Positions 1 through 9,382 of a stretch of 64,000 bases of DNA are shown one piece after another. The stretch is taken from positions 12,339 to 76,338 of the forward strand of contig CAZMSJ010000002.1 of the NCBI GenBank assembly GCA_964568925.1, in the 5' to 3' direction. The position numbers and the translations under genes are program-made. Each line of letters opens with the position of its first letter. The first letter of the stretch is position 1. This DNA is from an uncultured Gammaproteobacteria bacterium (GTDB lineage: Bacteria > Patescibacteriota > Microgenomatia > UBA8517). Under the pieces are notes generated by a model. That model was not told the DNA's origin. It ran no database searches and saw nothing but the letters and a program-made list of their open reading frames with translations.

Positions 1-329
1 TTTTTGCAAATCAAAAACAAGCTCTTAATTGGATCTACGAGGACGCTTCAGGTGCTGAATTTAACACTGACGTCTATGTTCCTCCAGTAATTCCGTATGC
101 ATATGATTATCTCTTTACTTGGTACTCTCAAAGTAGAAATGGATGGGTACACAATGGTGAGCTTTCTCGCCTCTACACTCTCTATGAAGAAGATCCCCCA
201 CATCCTGAACGATTGCTCGCATGGAAGAAGCGACAAGAAGGAATAGGTAAAATTCTCTATGAGAAGAAGTTTGGTGGCATAACAGTACAAAGACGAGAAC
301 GTATTCCACAAAAGACAAATGAAAAATAA
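1..329 (+). CDS. 3' fragment (truncated by the window edge) of a polytopic membrane protein. Its C-terminal soluble domain is paralogous to the C-termini of the 319..1842 and 17102..18628 products.
   Basis: Frame +3 is open from nt 3 to TAA at 327-329: FANQKQALNWIYEDASGAEFNTDVYVPPVIPYAYDYLFTWYSQ...LYTLYEEDPP...KKFGGITVQRRERI. By eye this aligns with ...AAVDYMYNKANGEPFTVNSLTSPLWVNIVWAYLFNWYGQ...HFLILEP...KTFGEIRIQYREPI of the 17102 product. It is absent from the ORF track because no start codon lies in the window. The antisense ORFs 48..311 and 115..369 are shadows of it. Confidence 0.7.
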   Translation, partial: FANQKQALNWIYEDASGAEFNTDVYVPPVIPYAYDYLFTWYSQSRNGWVHNGELSRLYTLYEEDPPHPERLLAWKKRQEGIGKILYEKKFGGITVQRRERIPQKTNEK

Positions 330-1842
330 GTCTTGGTTCTCTCAGATCGTTCGTTTTGTTGTTTCTCACAAGACTATTGTTGGTATTTGTCTCATTGGTG
401 TTTTCCTTCGCTCATATAAACCCCTGGAACTATTCATGTATAGTCACGATCAAGATCTTTTGTCTTGGTTTGTGAAAGATGTGGTAACAAATCACAATCT
501 TCGTTTGATTGGCCAAGAAACGTCAGTTCATGGAGTCTTTATAGGACCGTTGTGGTACTACACTGCCATTCCTTTCTACCTATTGACAGGGATGAATCCG
601 ACAGGAGGTCTACTCCTTGCGATATCCGTTGGTGGAGCAACGGTTGCTAGTATCTATTATGTCTTTTCTCGAATGATGAATCGAGTCGTAGGGATAATTG
701 CATCTCTTATGTATGCAACCTCCTTTTACTCGGTAATGACCGATCGAGAAGTGGTACCAACCACCCCTACAATCCTCTGGTCAGTTTGGGCATTTTTTAC
801 TGTTTTCTTGTTTCTTAAAAAACGCTATAAAACTGCATTTATCCTTACTGGAATCCTTGCAGGTCTTATTTGGCACATTAACATGGGCCTTATTTTAATA
901 ATTCCCATCATTGGTTTGTCGTACCTTGTTTCATTTTTACAAGAGAAAAAGAAAGTTACTCACCTTGTCTCACACAGGTATGGAATACTACTTGGCCTTC
1001 TGTTAGGACTCCTTATGTTATCCCCATATGTACTTTTTGAAGTACGTCATAATTTTGTACAAACAAAAAGCATCTTCACGTCATCAAGTACAGCTGCTAC
1101 TCAAACATTTATGGAGAAACTTGATCGAACAACAACGCTTGCTTCAAAAAATATCATAGGGTTTACTTGGGGACCATATTTACATGTTCAAGATAAGTAT
1201 CCTTTGTTCATGATTTTTGCAGTACTGTTGTTCCTTGTTTGGAAGAAGAAAGTGACAAAAACTTTTGCTGCCTTTATGTCTTTCTGGTTACTTCTTTTTA
1301 TTGGGTTTTTTAGTTATAACTCTCTTAACCTTTCTGAATACTATTTGAATGGAATGCTTGTGATTGAGCTTTTTGTTTTAGCTTCACTTTTTGCCTATCT
1401 GGTTGAATCAAAACGGTTTCGTTTTGGAGGATACTTTTTCCTCATCCTGTTTGTCATTGCAAACGTTACAAGACTAGTCACTATCCCTGTTAACAGGAGT
1501 GGGTATGTCGATCGTGTTGCATTGGTTCAGTTTATAAAAGCTGATGCCATGAAACATGGATATCCATGTGTTTCAGTAAGTTACATTACTGAGCCAGGAT
1601 TTAATTTGGGGTACCGGTATTTGTACTATGTAAATAATCTACGAGTAAGTCAGCCATCAAGTTTGGCACCTGTCTATACCGTAGTATTTCCTCACAGTAG
1701 GGTTGATCGAATTGATAAGAGCTTTGGTGCACTTGGGTTGATTTATCCTGATTACAATCGATACAAGCCAGAATCAATCGCTACTTCTTGTCAGGGACCT
1801 GATGCAAACTTGACTGATCCATTGTTCGGTTACGTTCAATAA
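319..1842 (+). CDS. Polytopic membrane protein, GT-C-fold glycosyltransferase candidate (DQ-loop subfamily)
   Basis: 507 aa with many hydrophobic segments. The loop after TM1 reads YSHDQDLLSWFVKD. It is a paralogue of the 17102 product (FGYDQARDAVLS) with a similar C-terminal soluble domain. Its start overlaps the upstream stop by 11 nt. Confidence 0.6.
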   Translation: MKNKSWFSQIVRFVVSHKTIVGICLIGVFLRSYKPLELFMYSHDQDLLSWFVKDVVTNHNLRLIGQETSVHGVFIGPLWYYTAIPFYLLTGMNPTGGLLLAISVGGATVASIYYVFSRMMNRVVGIIASLMYATSFYSVMTDREVVPTTPTILWSVWAFFTVFLFLKKRYKTAFILTGILAGLIWHINMGLILIIPIIGLSYLVSFLQEKKKVTHLVSHRYGILLGLLLGLLMLSPYVLFEVRHNFVQTKSIFTSSSTAATQTFMEKLDRTTTLASKNIIGFTWGPYLHVQDKYPLFMIFAVLLFLVWKKKVTKTFAAFMSFWLLLFIGFFSYNSLNLSEYYLNGMLVIELFVLASLFAYLVESKRFRFGGYFFLILFVIANVTRLVTIPVNRSGYVDRVALVQFIKADAMKHGYPCVSVSYITEPGFNLGYRYLYYVNNLRVSQPSSLAPVYTVVFPHSRVDRIDKSFGALGLIYPDYNRYKPESIATSCQGPDANLTDPLFGYVQ

Positions 1843-1890
1843 CAACACATCTTTTCGTTTCTTACCTATTTGTTTGCATTCAAACCTCAC

Positions 1891-1898
1891 TGTACAAT
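1891..1898 (+). promoter_or_regulatory. -10 box TGTACAAT, 5 nt before ATG 1904 (leaderless candidate)
   Basis: It lies in a 61-nt intergenic gap, with no SD between the box and the ATG. Confidence 0.35.
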
Positions 1899-1903
1899 AG
1901 GGA

Positions 1904-2665
1904 ATGGCTAAAGAGGCACAACCGTATCTGTCTGTCGTTATTCCTGCATATAAGGAAATTGATAATCTGAAACTTGGTGTTCTAGAAATGGTTCGTGACT
2001 ATCTTCAAAAGCAGACATACAGCTGGGAAGTATTAATTGTTGATGATGGATCTCCTGATAAAACTGCTGACGTAATTGAAAAGAAAATTGCTCATTGGAA
2101 AGGTTTTTCTCTCTCTCGTGAACCACATCGTGGTAAAGGGGGAACGGTTATTGCCGGTGTTCTTTCAGCTCATGGAAAAATTGTTTTGTTTACCGATATG
2201 GATCAGGCAACTCCGTTAAACCAAATAGAAAAGTTTTTCCCTTATTTTGAAAAAGGAGCTGCTCTTGTGATTGGTTCACGACAGGGGAGGAAGGGTGCTC
2301 CATTAACCAGAAAAGTTATGGCGTATGGTTTCCAGATGTTAAGAACACTCATTTTAAGACTTCCATATAAAGATACTCAGTGTGGGTTTAAAGCTGTTAC
2401 TCACGAAGCTGCTCAAAAAGTATTCCACCAAATGAAAATATTTGGATCTGGGACATCAGTCAACGCTGGTGTAACTGCAGGCTTTGATCTTGAAATGCTG
2501 TACTTAGCAAGGAAGATGAGGCTCAAGACAATTGAAGTTCCTGTTGAGTGGGAACACAAAGGAACAGCTCGTGTTAGTGCCATTCGTGATTCATATCAAG
2601 GGCTTCGTGATATGGTAAAGGTACGTATTAATGCCCTTTCTGGAAAATACAAAATCACAAAATGA
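1904..2665 (+). CDS. GT2 (GT-A) glycosyltransferase, soluble DPM1/ALG5-like candidate polyprenol-phosphate hexosyltransferase
   Basis: Motifs LSVVIPAYKE, VLIVDDGSPDKT, FTDMDQATP, TQCGFK. 253 aa with no TM segment. Confidence 0.7.
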   Translation: MAKEAQPYLSVVIPAYKEIDNLKLGVLEMVRDYLQKQTYSWEVLIVDDGSPDKTADVIEKKIAHWKGFSLSREPHRGKGGTVIAGVLSAHGKIVLFTDMDQATPLNQIEKFFPYFEKGAALVIGSRQGRKGAPLTRKVMAYGFQMLRTLILRLPYKDTQCGFKAVTHEAAQKVFHQMKIFGSGTSVNAGVTAGFDLEMLYLARKMRLKTIEVPVEWEHKGTARVSAIRDSYQGLRDMVKVRINALSGKYKITK

Positions 2666-4236
2666 AAAAGATCTTAAGTTCGTTTTTCAAGGATACACGC
2701 CTGGTTATCGCTCTTTGTACCTCCGCTGTTATTCTCATCGCTTCAACTGTCGTCCGTCTCTTTCACCTAACAATTCTTCCTGTATTTGCTGATGAGGCAA
2801 TTTATGTTAGATGGGCTCAAGTGATGAAAGCAGAGCCGACACTTCGATATCTTCCCTTGTCAGATGGTAAAGAGCCGTTGTACATGTGGATCCTAATGCC
2901 AGTATTTAAGATATTTTCTAATCCACTCTTTGCTGGTCGCTTTGTATCTGTTGCAGCTGGGATGGGAACTTCACTCGGTGTTATGGCCCTTGCCTATGTG
3001 TTGTTTCGTTCAAAGAAAGTAGCAGTATTGTCTCTTTTTCTCTATCTTGTTAGTCCCTTCACCTTCTTCTTTCATCGAATGGCACTGGTTGACTCGTTGT
3101 TATCTTTATTTGGAGTGTGGGTTGCCGTCTTTTCAGTACTGACTGTTAAAAATATTCAAAGAGGTGGGAGATCCTTTGATTTTCCACTCGCCACAGGTTT
3201 TTCATTAGGCTTTGCCTGGCTAACCAAGTCCCCAGCCTTATTCTTTGCACTTCTGTCTTCAGGTTCAGTTATCTTTATTCGAAAGCCATCAATAAAGGTT
3301 ATTGTTCTTTCACTCTTTGCTATTTTGTTTTCAATTGGAATTGGGTATGGAATGTACAACACGTTGCGTCTCGGTCCTAATTTTCAAATGATTGCGAGTC
3401 GCAATTTAGATTATGTATTCCCGGTAAGTCACATTATTGAAAACCCTCGTGATCCATTTATCTTTCATGTCGACCGCGCACTCGAGTGGTTCTTTATTTT
3501 GGGGCCATTTACAATACTTATCCTCGCAGCATTGGGTAGCATTGATTTAGTTAAAAAATATTCCCGAGAAGTTCTCTTTTTGCTCGCTTGGTTTGCGATA
3601 CCACTTCTTGTCGAGGCAGAATTTGCTAAGGTGTTTACCGCTCGATATGTGTTTTTCACCATTCCACCACTTGCCGTCTTAGCAGGCGCAATTGCGTTAA
3701 GTCAATCAAAGCTAATTCGAAGAGTTTCAGGGGTTATTATTTTTGCAGGTGTTGTTTTGTCTCTCCAAAACATCTTCTTGTTAATCACTAATCCAGCTCG
3801 TGCATACCTTCCAAATGGTGAACGCTCAGGGTACCTTGTTGAATGGACAGCTGGAACTGGGATATATGAGTCATCTCTTTTTGTTCGGCAAGAGCTGAAG
3901 GCTCACCCTGATCAGCATATCGTAATTGGGACTGAAGGGTATTTCGGTACGCTTCCAGATGGTTTGCAGATCTATTTAGAGAGAGTTCCCAATGTAACCA
4001 TTTTTGGAACTGGACTCAATTTCTCTGATGTACCCCAAAGTTTGAAGGATGCAAAAAAAGAAGGGAAACGAGTCTTTTTCGCAGTGAATGCATCACGGCT
4101 CAATTTGAAGAAATCTCCAGAGGAATATGGTTTGAAGACTGTCCTTTCCTTCCCGAAGGAATTGAGAGACCGAGATACTCGTGAATATGTTCAACTAGGA
4201 GACCGTGATACCTACTATTTCTTTGAACTTCAGTAG
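2662..4236 (+). CDS. GT-C-fold membrane glycosyltransferase, ArnT/PMT_2-like
   Basis: 524 aa. TM1 is followed by LPVFADEAIYVRWAQ (acidic DE loop), then at least 10 hydrophobic segments and a C-terminal soluble domain. ATGA overlap with the upstream GT2. Confidence 0.7.
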   Translation: MKKILSSFFKDTRLVIALCTSAVILIASTVVRLFHLTILPVFADEAIYVRWAQVMKAEPTLRYLPLSDGKEPLYMWILMPVFKIFSNPLFAGRFVSVAAGMGTSLGVMALAYVLFRSKKVAVLSLFLYLVSPFTFFFHRMALVDSLLSLFGVWVAVFSVLTVKNIQRGGRSFDFPLATGFSLGFAWLTKSPALFFALLSSGSVIFIRKPSIKVIVLSLFAILFSIGIGYGMYNTLRLGPNFQMIASRNLDYVFPVSHIIENPRDPFIFHVDRALEWFFILGPFTILILAALGSIDLVKKYSREVLFLLAWFAIPLLVEAEFAKVFTARYVFFTIPPLAVLAGAIALSQSKLIRRVSGVIIFAGVVLSLQNIFLLITNPARAYLPNGERSGYLVEWTAGTGIYESSLFVRQELKAHPDQHIVIGTEGYFGTLPDGLQIYLERVPNVTIFGTGLNFSDVPQSLKDAKKEGKRVFFAVNASRLNLKKSPEEYGLKTVLSFPKELRDRDTREYVQLGDRDTYYFFELQ

Positions 4237-4245
4237 TCAGGTCTG

Positions 4246-4254
4246 TGGTATGAT
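4246..4254 (+). promoter_or_regulatory. Extended -10 TGgTATGAT, 12 nt before ATG 4267
   Basis: It lies in a 30-nt intergenic gap with no SD. The predicted leader is about 6 nt. Confidence 0.35.
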
Positions 4255-4266
4255 CGATTAGCATTT

Positions 4267-6024
4267 ATGTCATTTTTTTGGAATAAATCACTTACAAAGG
4301 TCGTTAAAAGTCATGATTTCATAGCTCTTGTCATTGTCCTTTTTGCGGCATGGCTTGCTTCTCGTTCTCTTTTTGCTGGTGGTTATTTTAATATGCATGA
4401 CGATCTTCAGATGATGCGTCAGCTGTCGATGGAAAAGTGCTTCCTAGACTTACAAATTCCTTGTAGATGGATACCAGACATGGGGTATGGCTTCGGATAC
4501 CCATTGTTTAATTTTTATCCACCTCTTCCATATCTCGTTGGAGAGATTTTTCGTGTAATTGGATATTCATTTGTTGATACCGCAAAAGCCTTGTTTATCC
4601 TTTCATTCTTTGTGTCTGGCGTAACTATGTATTACTTGGCAAAGAATTTCTTCGGTCGAGCCGGTGGGGTATTGTCAGCAGTCTTTTATATTTGGGCCCC
4701 TTACCACGCAGTTGATGTATTTGTTCGCGGAGCAATGAACGAGTCATGGGGACTTATGTGGTTCCCTGCAATTTTATTGTTCTCATATAAATTACTCAGT
4801 AAACCTGTCTTATCTTTCAAAAAGAAAGATATAATAGATTCACTTCCTAACGTGATTCTTCTTTCTCTTTCATGGGCTGCATTGTTAACCTCACACAATT
4901 TGATGGTAATTATCTTTACTCCATTTTTTGCTTTGTGGTGTGGAGTTTGGCTCGTAAAGAGCAAAAACTGGAAGTCAGTTGTTCCACTTTTGGTCTCTGG
5001 TCTTTGGGCTGTTGGGTTAGCCGCATTTTTCACACTCCCTGTCTTTTTAGAAAAAAACATCGTTCAAACAGATACCTTAATAAAAGGATATTACGAATAT
5101 ACTGCTCATTTCCCAAGTGCCCGTCAGCTTCTGTTCTCTCGTTTTTGGGGTTTTGGTCCATCTGTTTGGCTTGAAAACGATGGGATGCCATTTCAGATTG
5201 GATGGTTCCATTGGATAACTCCACTTATTGTGGCTGCTTTGTTATTTGTTCGAACGCTAAAAACAAAGAAGTTTGATCAGTTGTTTTGGGTCATATCAAT
5301 TGCATTTGTTATTGGAGCAGCAGCTACCTTTATGTCTCACCCTCGTTCCACCCCAATCTGGGCACATATTCAAGCACTTCAATTTATTCAATTCCCATGG
5401 AGATATTTGACGATGGTTATCCTTGGGTTCTCATTCGCAGTTGGTGGTTTGGTGAGACTCGTACCAAAGGCTTTTTCATATCCAATCGCAGTTGTTCTTA
5501 TGGCTGGCGCTATCGCATATAGCTGGGGATATTTTCTTCCTGAACATGGAAAGCTTGGACCACTTACTGATCAAGAAAAGTTTACTGGAGCTGCTTGGGA
5601 ATTACAGCAGACAGCTGGTATTTATGATTATTTGCCAAATACTGCGTGGACCGCCCCACATGGACCACGAAAAGTGCAGGCTGAGATTATGGAAGGAACT
5701 GGTGAAGTTATTACTGGTACTTCAGGTACCAATTGGGAAAAGTTTTCAGTTAAAGCAGAAACAGATGTTACAGTTCGTGTGAGTCTCCTTCAGTTTCCAA
5801 CATGGCATGTCTTGGTTGATGGCGTAGAGACTGAAACGTTTGTACCAAAAACGGAAGAATGGGGAAGACTCTATGTCGTGATACCAAAAGGTGAGCATCA
5901 AGTATCAGTGAAGTTATCTGATACACCTATTCGTACTGCTGGAAACATTATATCAATTGTTTCATGGGTGTTGCTAGGATTGATTCTGTTTTTCCGACGC
6001 AATACACTCATGCATAAGGCATGA
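4267..6024 (+). CDS. Polytopic membrane protein, YfhO/PTPS-related-type GT-C candidate
   Basis: 585 aa with YFNMHDDLQMMRQLSMEKC...IPCRWIPDMGYGFGYPLFNFYPPLPY. Paralogue of the 27989 product. The C-terminus has a beta-rich domain (LLQFPTWHVLVDG) plus a terminal TM, as in YfhO-type proteins. Confidence 0.6.
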   Translation: MSFFWNKSLTKVVKSHDFIALVIVLFAAWLASRSLFAGGYFNMHDDLQMMRQLSMEKCFLDLQIPCRWIPDMGYGFGYPLFNFYPPLPYLVGEIFRVIGYSFVDTAKALFILSFFVSGVTMYYLAKNFFGRAGGVLSAVFYIWAPYHAVDVFVRGAMNESWGLMWFPAILLFSYKLLSKPVLSFKKKDIIDSLPNVILLSLSWAALLTSHNLMVIIFTPFFALWCGVWLVKSKNWKSVVPLLVSGLWAVGLAAFFTLPVFLEKNIVQTDTLIKGYYEYTAHFPSARQLLFSRFWGFGPSVWLENDGMPFQIGWFHWITPLIVAALLFVRTLKTKKFDQLFWVISIAFVIGAAATFMSHPRSTPIWAHIQALQFIQFPWRYLTMVILGFSFAVGGLVRLVPKAFSYPIAVVLMAGAIAYSWGYFLPEHGKLGPLTDQEKFTGAAWELQQTAGIYDYLPNTAWTAPHGPRKVQAEIMEGTGEVITGTSGTNWEKFSVKAETDVTVRVSLLQFPTWHVLVDGVETETFVPKTEEWGRLYVVIPKGEHQVSVKLSDTPIRTAGNIISIVSWVLLGLILFFRRNTLMHKA

Positions 6025-7817
6025 AAAAAATCTTCCAGGGTTTTCATGAAGTTGTAGGTGTTTCAGTGTGGGCTTTTAAGCTCTATTTTTCATTCGCTCC
6101 GTTTTACACATTACTATTTGTTATTACCCAGATACTTCTTTCTTCATCTGCAATTATTACCTCCTATTTACTGGGGGTCGCGGTAGATCAAGTCATAAAA
6201 GGAGCACAAACCTCAACCACGGCAGTTCAATTATCATTGGTGTTTCTTCCTCTTATTGTTTTTCAATCTGTAATGAGTCTTGTTGGAATATTCCAAAACC
6301 ATGCCAATCGAATGCTTGGCATTCTTGAGAATTTTAAATTACGTGAATATCTCTATAAGAGATTAAAAGTTCTTGGAATTACAAAACTTGAAGACCCTGA
6401 TGTTGTTAATTATATGTACCGTTTTAACGAGTCTATTGGTTTTATCGGAAATCACCTTAGCCTTTTAACGAGAACACTCGCATCTGCAATTTCACTTATT
6501 ACAACAGTTGGTGTCATCCTTATTTTTATACCTCAGGTTTTACCATTCGTCATTGTTGCTTCAATCGTTGAATGGTCGATCAATCAACACTTTTTGCGTA
6601 AGATTTGGCAATTCAGTCTTGATAATACCGTAGACCGTAGAAGTGCAATGCAGGACGTCTCTGCACTATCTGATCCGACCCCACTCAAAGAACTACTCAT
6701 TGTTGGTGGTGTTAACTTCTTTGAACGTCGATACGGTCACTTTGTGAATAGGTATGTAAAAAGGTATAAAGCTATTCGAGATCATTGGACGAGTTTGTTG
6801 GCTGGAAATGAGCTTTTACAAATTGCCACATATACTGCCGGAATATTTTTGGTTGTAGAGAAGTTTTTGCTACAAGCAATCTCTATTGGTCGGTTAACTT
6901 TCCTCTTTAGAAGTTTGAACATCTTTGTTGACTCGTTTACAGGGTTTGGTGGCAATTTGGTTGCACTTCGAGAGTCTTCGATTAAGCTTGCTGATTCCCG
7001 AGCATTGTTTGTTAAATTTGATCCCGAAGAAGATGGTTCAATTGAATTGACTCTAAATCGGTCTCCAGAGATAGAGTTTAAAAATGTGAATTTTACATAC
7101 CCAAATGCGAAGCGACAGATATTTAAGAATGTTAGTTTTACCATTAAGAGTGGAGAAAAGATCGCAATAGTAGGAGAAAACGGTGCAGGTAAAACTACTC
7201 TGGTTAAATTACTTTCTCGTTTGTATCGGATTGATTCAGGGGAAATTTTAATTGATGGAGTTAATTTGAATGATATTAAAATTAATAGTTGGTATGAAAA
7301 CTTGGGAGTACTTTTCCAAGATTACAGCAAGTTTGGCCACCTGACGGTTCACGAAAACATAGCACTTGGCCGTGGTGATGTATTGCCTGATTTTGAAAAA
7401 ATCAAACAAGCCGCAACAGATTCTGAGTCAATTGATTTTATTAACATGTACTCGAAGAAATTCAATCAGGTCTTGTCTGAACAATACCCTGGCGGTATTC
7501 GTCCAAGTACTGGGCAATGGCAAAAGATTGCAGTTGCTCGCTTCTTCTATCGTGAAGCACCAGTCCTTGTGCTAGATGAGCCAACAGCTTCAATTGATGC
7601 CGTATCTGAGTCAAAGATTTTTAATAATATTTATAAATTTATGAAAGGCAAGACTGTTGTCATTATTTCGCATCGTTTTTCAACCGTACGGAATGCAGAT
7701 CGAATATTTGTTGTTGATAGGGGTCATATTGTTGAGCAGGGAACTCACGATGAGCTTCTGAAGAAAAAAGGAACCTATGCAAAGGCTTTCAAGCTCCAAG
7801 CTGAAGGGTACGAGTAG
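6021..7817 (+). CDS. Fused TMD-NBD ABC exporter (MsbA/PglK-like half-transporter)
   Basis: N-terminal 6-TM region. Walker A GENGAGKTT, signature STGQWQKIAVAR, Walker B VLVLDEPTASID, H-loop VIISHR. ATGA overlap with the upstream gene. Confidence 0.85.
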   Translation: MKKIFQGFHEVVGVSVWAFKLYFSFAPFYTLLFVITQILLSSSAIITSYLLGVAVDQVIKGAQTSTTAVQLSLVFLPLIVFQSVMSLVGIFQNHANRMLGILENFKLREYLYKRLKVLGITKLEDPDVVNYMYRFNESIGFIGNHLSLLTRTLASAISLITTVGVILIFIPQVLPFVIVASIVEWSINQHFLRKIWQFSLDNTVDRRSAMQDVSALSDPTPLKELLIVGGVNFFERRYGHFVNRYVKRYKAIRDHWTSLLAGNELLQIATYTAGIFLVVEKFLLQAISIGRLTFLFRSLNIFVDSFTGFGGNLVALRESSIKLADSRALFVKFDPEEDGSIELTLNRSPEIEFKNVNFTYPNAKRQIFKNVSFTIKSGEKIAIVGENGAGKTTLVKLLSRLYRIDSGEILIDGVNLNDIKINSWYENLGVLFQDYSKFGHLTVHENIALGRGDVLPDFEKIKQAATDSESIDFINMYSKKFNQVLSEQYPGGIRPSTGQWQKIAVARFFYREAPVLVLDEPTASIDAVSESKIFNNIYKFMKGKTVVIISHRFSTVRNADRIFVVDRGHIVEQGTHDELLKKKGTYAKAFKLQAEGYE

Positions 7818-7839
7818 TGCTGATTGTACTCAAGCTAAA

Positions 7840-7848
7840 TGATACAAT
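7840..7848 (+). promoter_or_regulatory. Extended -10 TGaTACAAT, 6 nt before GTG 7855 (leaderless candidate)
   Basis: Exact TGnTAnAAT match in a 37-nt gap. Confidence 0.45.
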
Positions 7849-7854
7849 TGGTTT

Positions 7855-9369
7855 GTGAAAAGTACTCGTATTAAAGAAACAGTTGAGGTTCGTGATCCTG
7901 GTGAAGTTGAAATTGGGATTGCAGAGGTCAAAGCTAGATCTGTACGTGGAATTGTTGTTTTAACTGGACGAACCTTCTTTTTGCAAATCATTGCCGTTAT
8001 CGCCTCAGGCTTTTTGTGGGCATATCTAGGGCCATCAGAACTTGGGGTATTTTTCATTTTGAATGCTGTCATCAATTTCTTGAACTACTTCTCTGATGTA
8101 GGCTTAGCTGCAGCATTAATTCAAAAGAAAACACATCCAACGGATGTTGATTTAAAAACTACATTCTTCGTTCAGGAACTTCTTGTATTAACACTCATTG
8201 GTATTGTGGTATTACTTACTCCATTTTTTACTCAGAAGTATTCTTTAACTCAAGATGGTGTAGTCCTTTTGTATGCACTTGCCTTATCTTTCTTTTTGTC
8301 ATCTCTCAAAAGTATTCCGTCAATCTTGCTTGAAAGAAAGCTCGATTTTATTAAGCTCACGTTTCCACAAATCTTGGAGCAAGTGTTGTACTTTGTTGTA
8401 CTCGTTTACTTTGCGGTTAATGGATATGGTATTAAAAGTTTTACCATCGCAGTTATCGCTCGTGACATTATTGGACTTGTAAGTATTTATTGGCTACAGC
8501 CATGGATGCCAGGAATTGCATTTTCTCGCTCGACCTTGAAAGATCTCTTCCGGTTTGGGATACCGTTTCAAATTAATACATTGCTCGCGGCATTTAAGGA
8601 CGATGGAATGACGATTGTTCTTGGGGGAATACTTGGGCCCGCCGGGGTTGGTTTCCTTGGGACTGCTCAAAAATTTGCTCGTTATCCGTTAACCTTCTTT
8701 ATGGATACGGTTACTCGTGTAACCTTCCCAGCATTTTCCCGAATGCAAGATTCACCACTTGATCTGGCAAGAAGTGTAACCCGATCAATCTTTTTCATTT
8801 GTTTTCTCGTATTTCCTTCTCTCGTTGGGTTAGCCATTGTTGCACCATATATCGTTGAAGTTATCCCTCGGTACAATCAGTGGAAGCCGGCATTAGTTGC
8901 GCTCACATTTGTTTCTATTAACTTTATGTTTGCTGCAGCAACGACACAATTAACAAATCTACTAAATGCTATTGGCAAGATTCGTATTACATTCTTTTTG
9001 ATGATTATGTGGACGACCCTTACCTGGGTATTTATTCCACTGCTCGCTATGAGGTTTGGAGTAAATGGTGCAGCTCTCGGGTATTCACTTGTTGGTTCAT
9101 CATCGTTAATTGCAATCTATATTGCTAAAAAGCATGTTAATTTTTCTCTGTATCACTCAGTCGGTAAACCACTCATTGGAACGGGGATAATGGCTACCGT
9201 TCTTGTGTTATTACGCATTTTTCTTCCACTCAATAGTTATTCAATTATTATTCTTTCTCTTGTTGGTGCAATTGTGTACGTCGTAGTTATGGTTGCACTC
9301 GTTGGGGCATCACTCGTTGAAGATGCAAAAAAGAGTTTTAAAACGGTTATCGGGAAAAAGATTGCCTAA
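7855..9369 (+). CDS. MOP-superfamily polysaccharide flippase (Wzx-like)
   Basis: 504 aa with about 12-14 TM segments and a layout typical of polysaccharide biosynthesis proteins. GTG start lies 6 nt after TGATACAAT. Confidence 0.65.
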   Translation: MKSTRIKETVEVRDPGEVEIGIAEVKARSVRGIVVLTGRTFFLQIIAVIASGFLWAYLGPSELGVFFILNAVINFLNYFSDVGLAAALIQKKTHPTDVDLKTTFFVQELLVLTLIGIVVLLTPFFTQKYSLTQDGVVLLYALALSFFLSSLKSIPSILLERKLDFIKLTFPQILEQVLYFVVLVYFAVNGYGIKSFTIAVIARDIIGLVSIYWLQPWMPGIAFSRSTLKDLFRFGIPFQINTLLAAFKDDGMTIVLGGILGPAGVGFLGTAQKFARYPLTFFMDTVTRVTFPAFSRMQDSPLDLARSVTRSIFFICFLVFPSLVGLAIVAPYIVEVIPRYNQWKPALVALTFVSINFMFAAATTQLTNLLNAIGKIRITFFLMIMWTTLTWVFIPLLAMRFGVNGAALGYSLVGSSSLIAIYIAKKHVNFSLYHSVGKPLIGTGIMATVLVLLRIFLPLNSYSIIILSLVGAIVYVVVMVALVGASLVEDAKKSFKTVIGKKIA

Positions 9370-9382
9370 TTCTTCCTATCAG

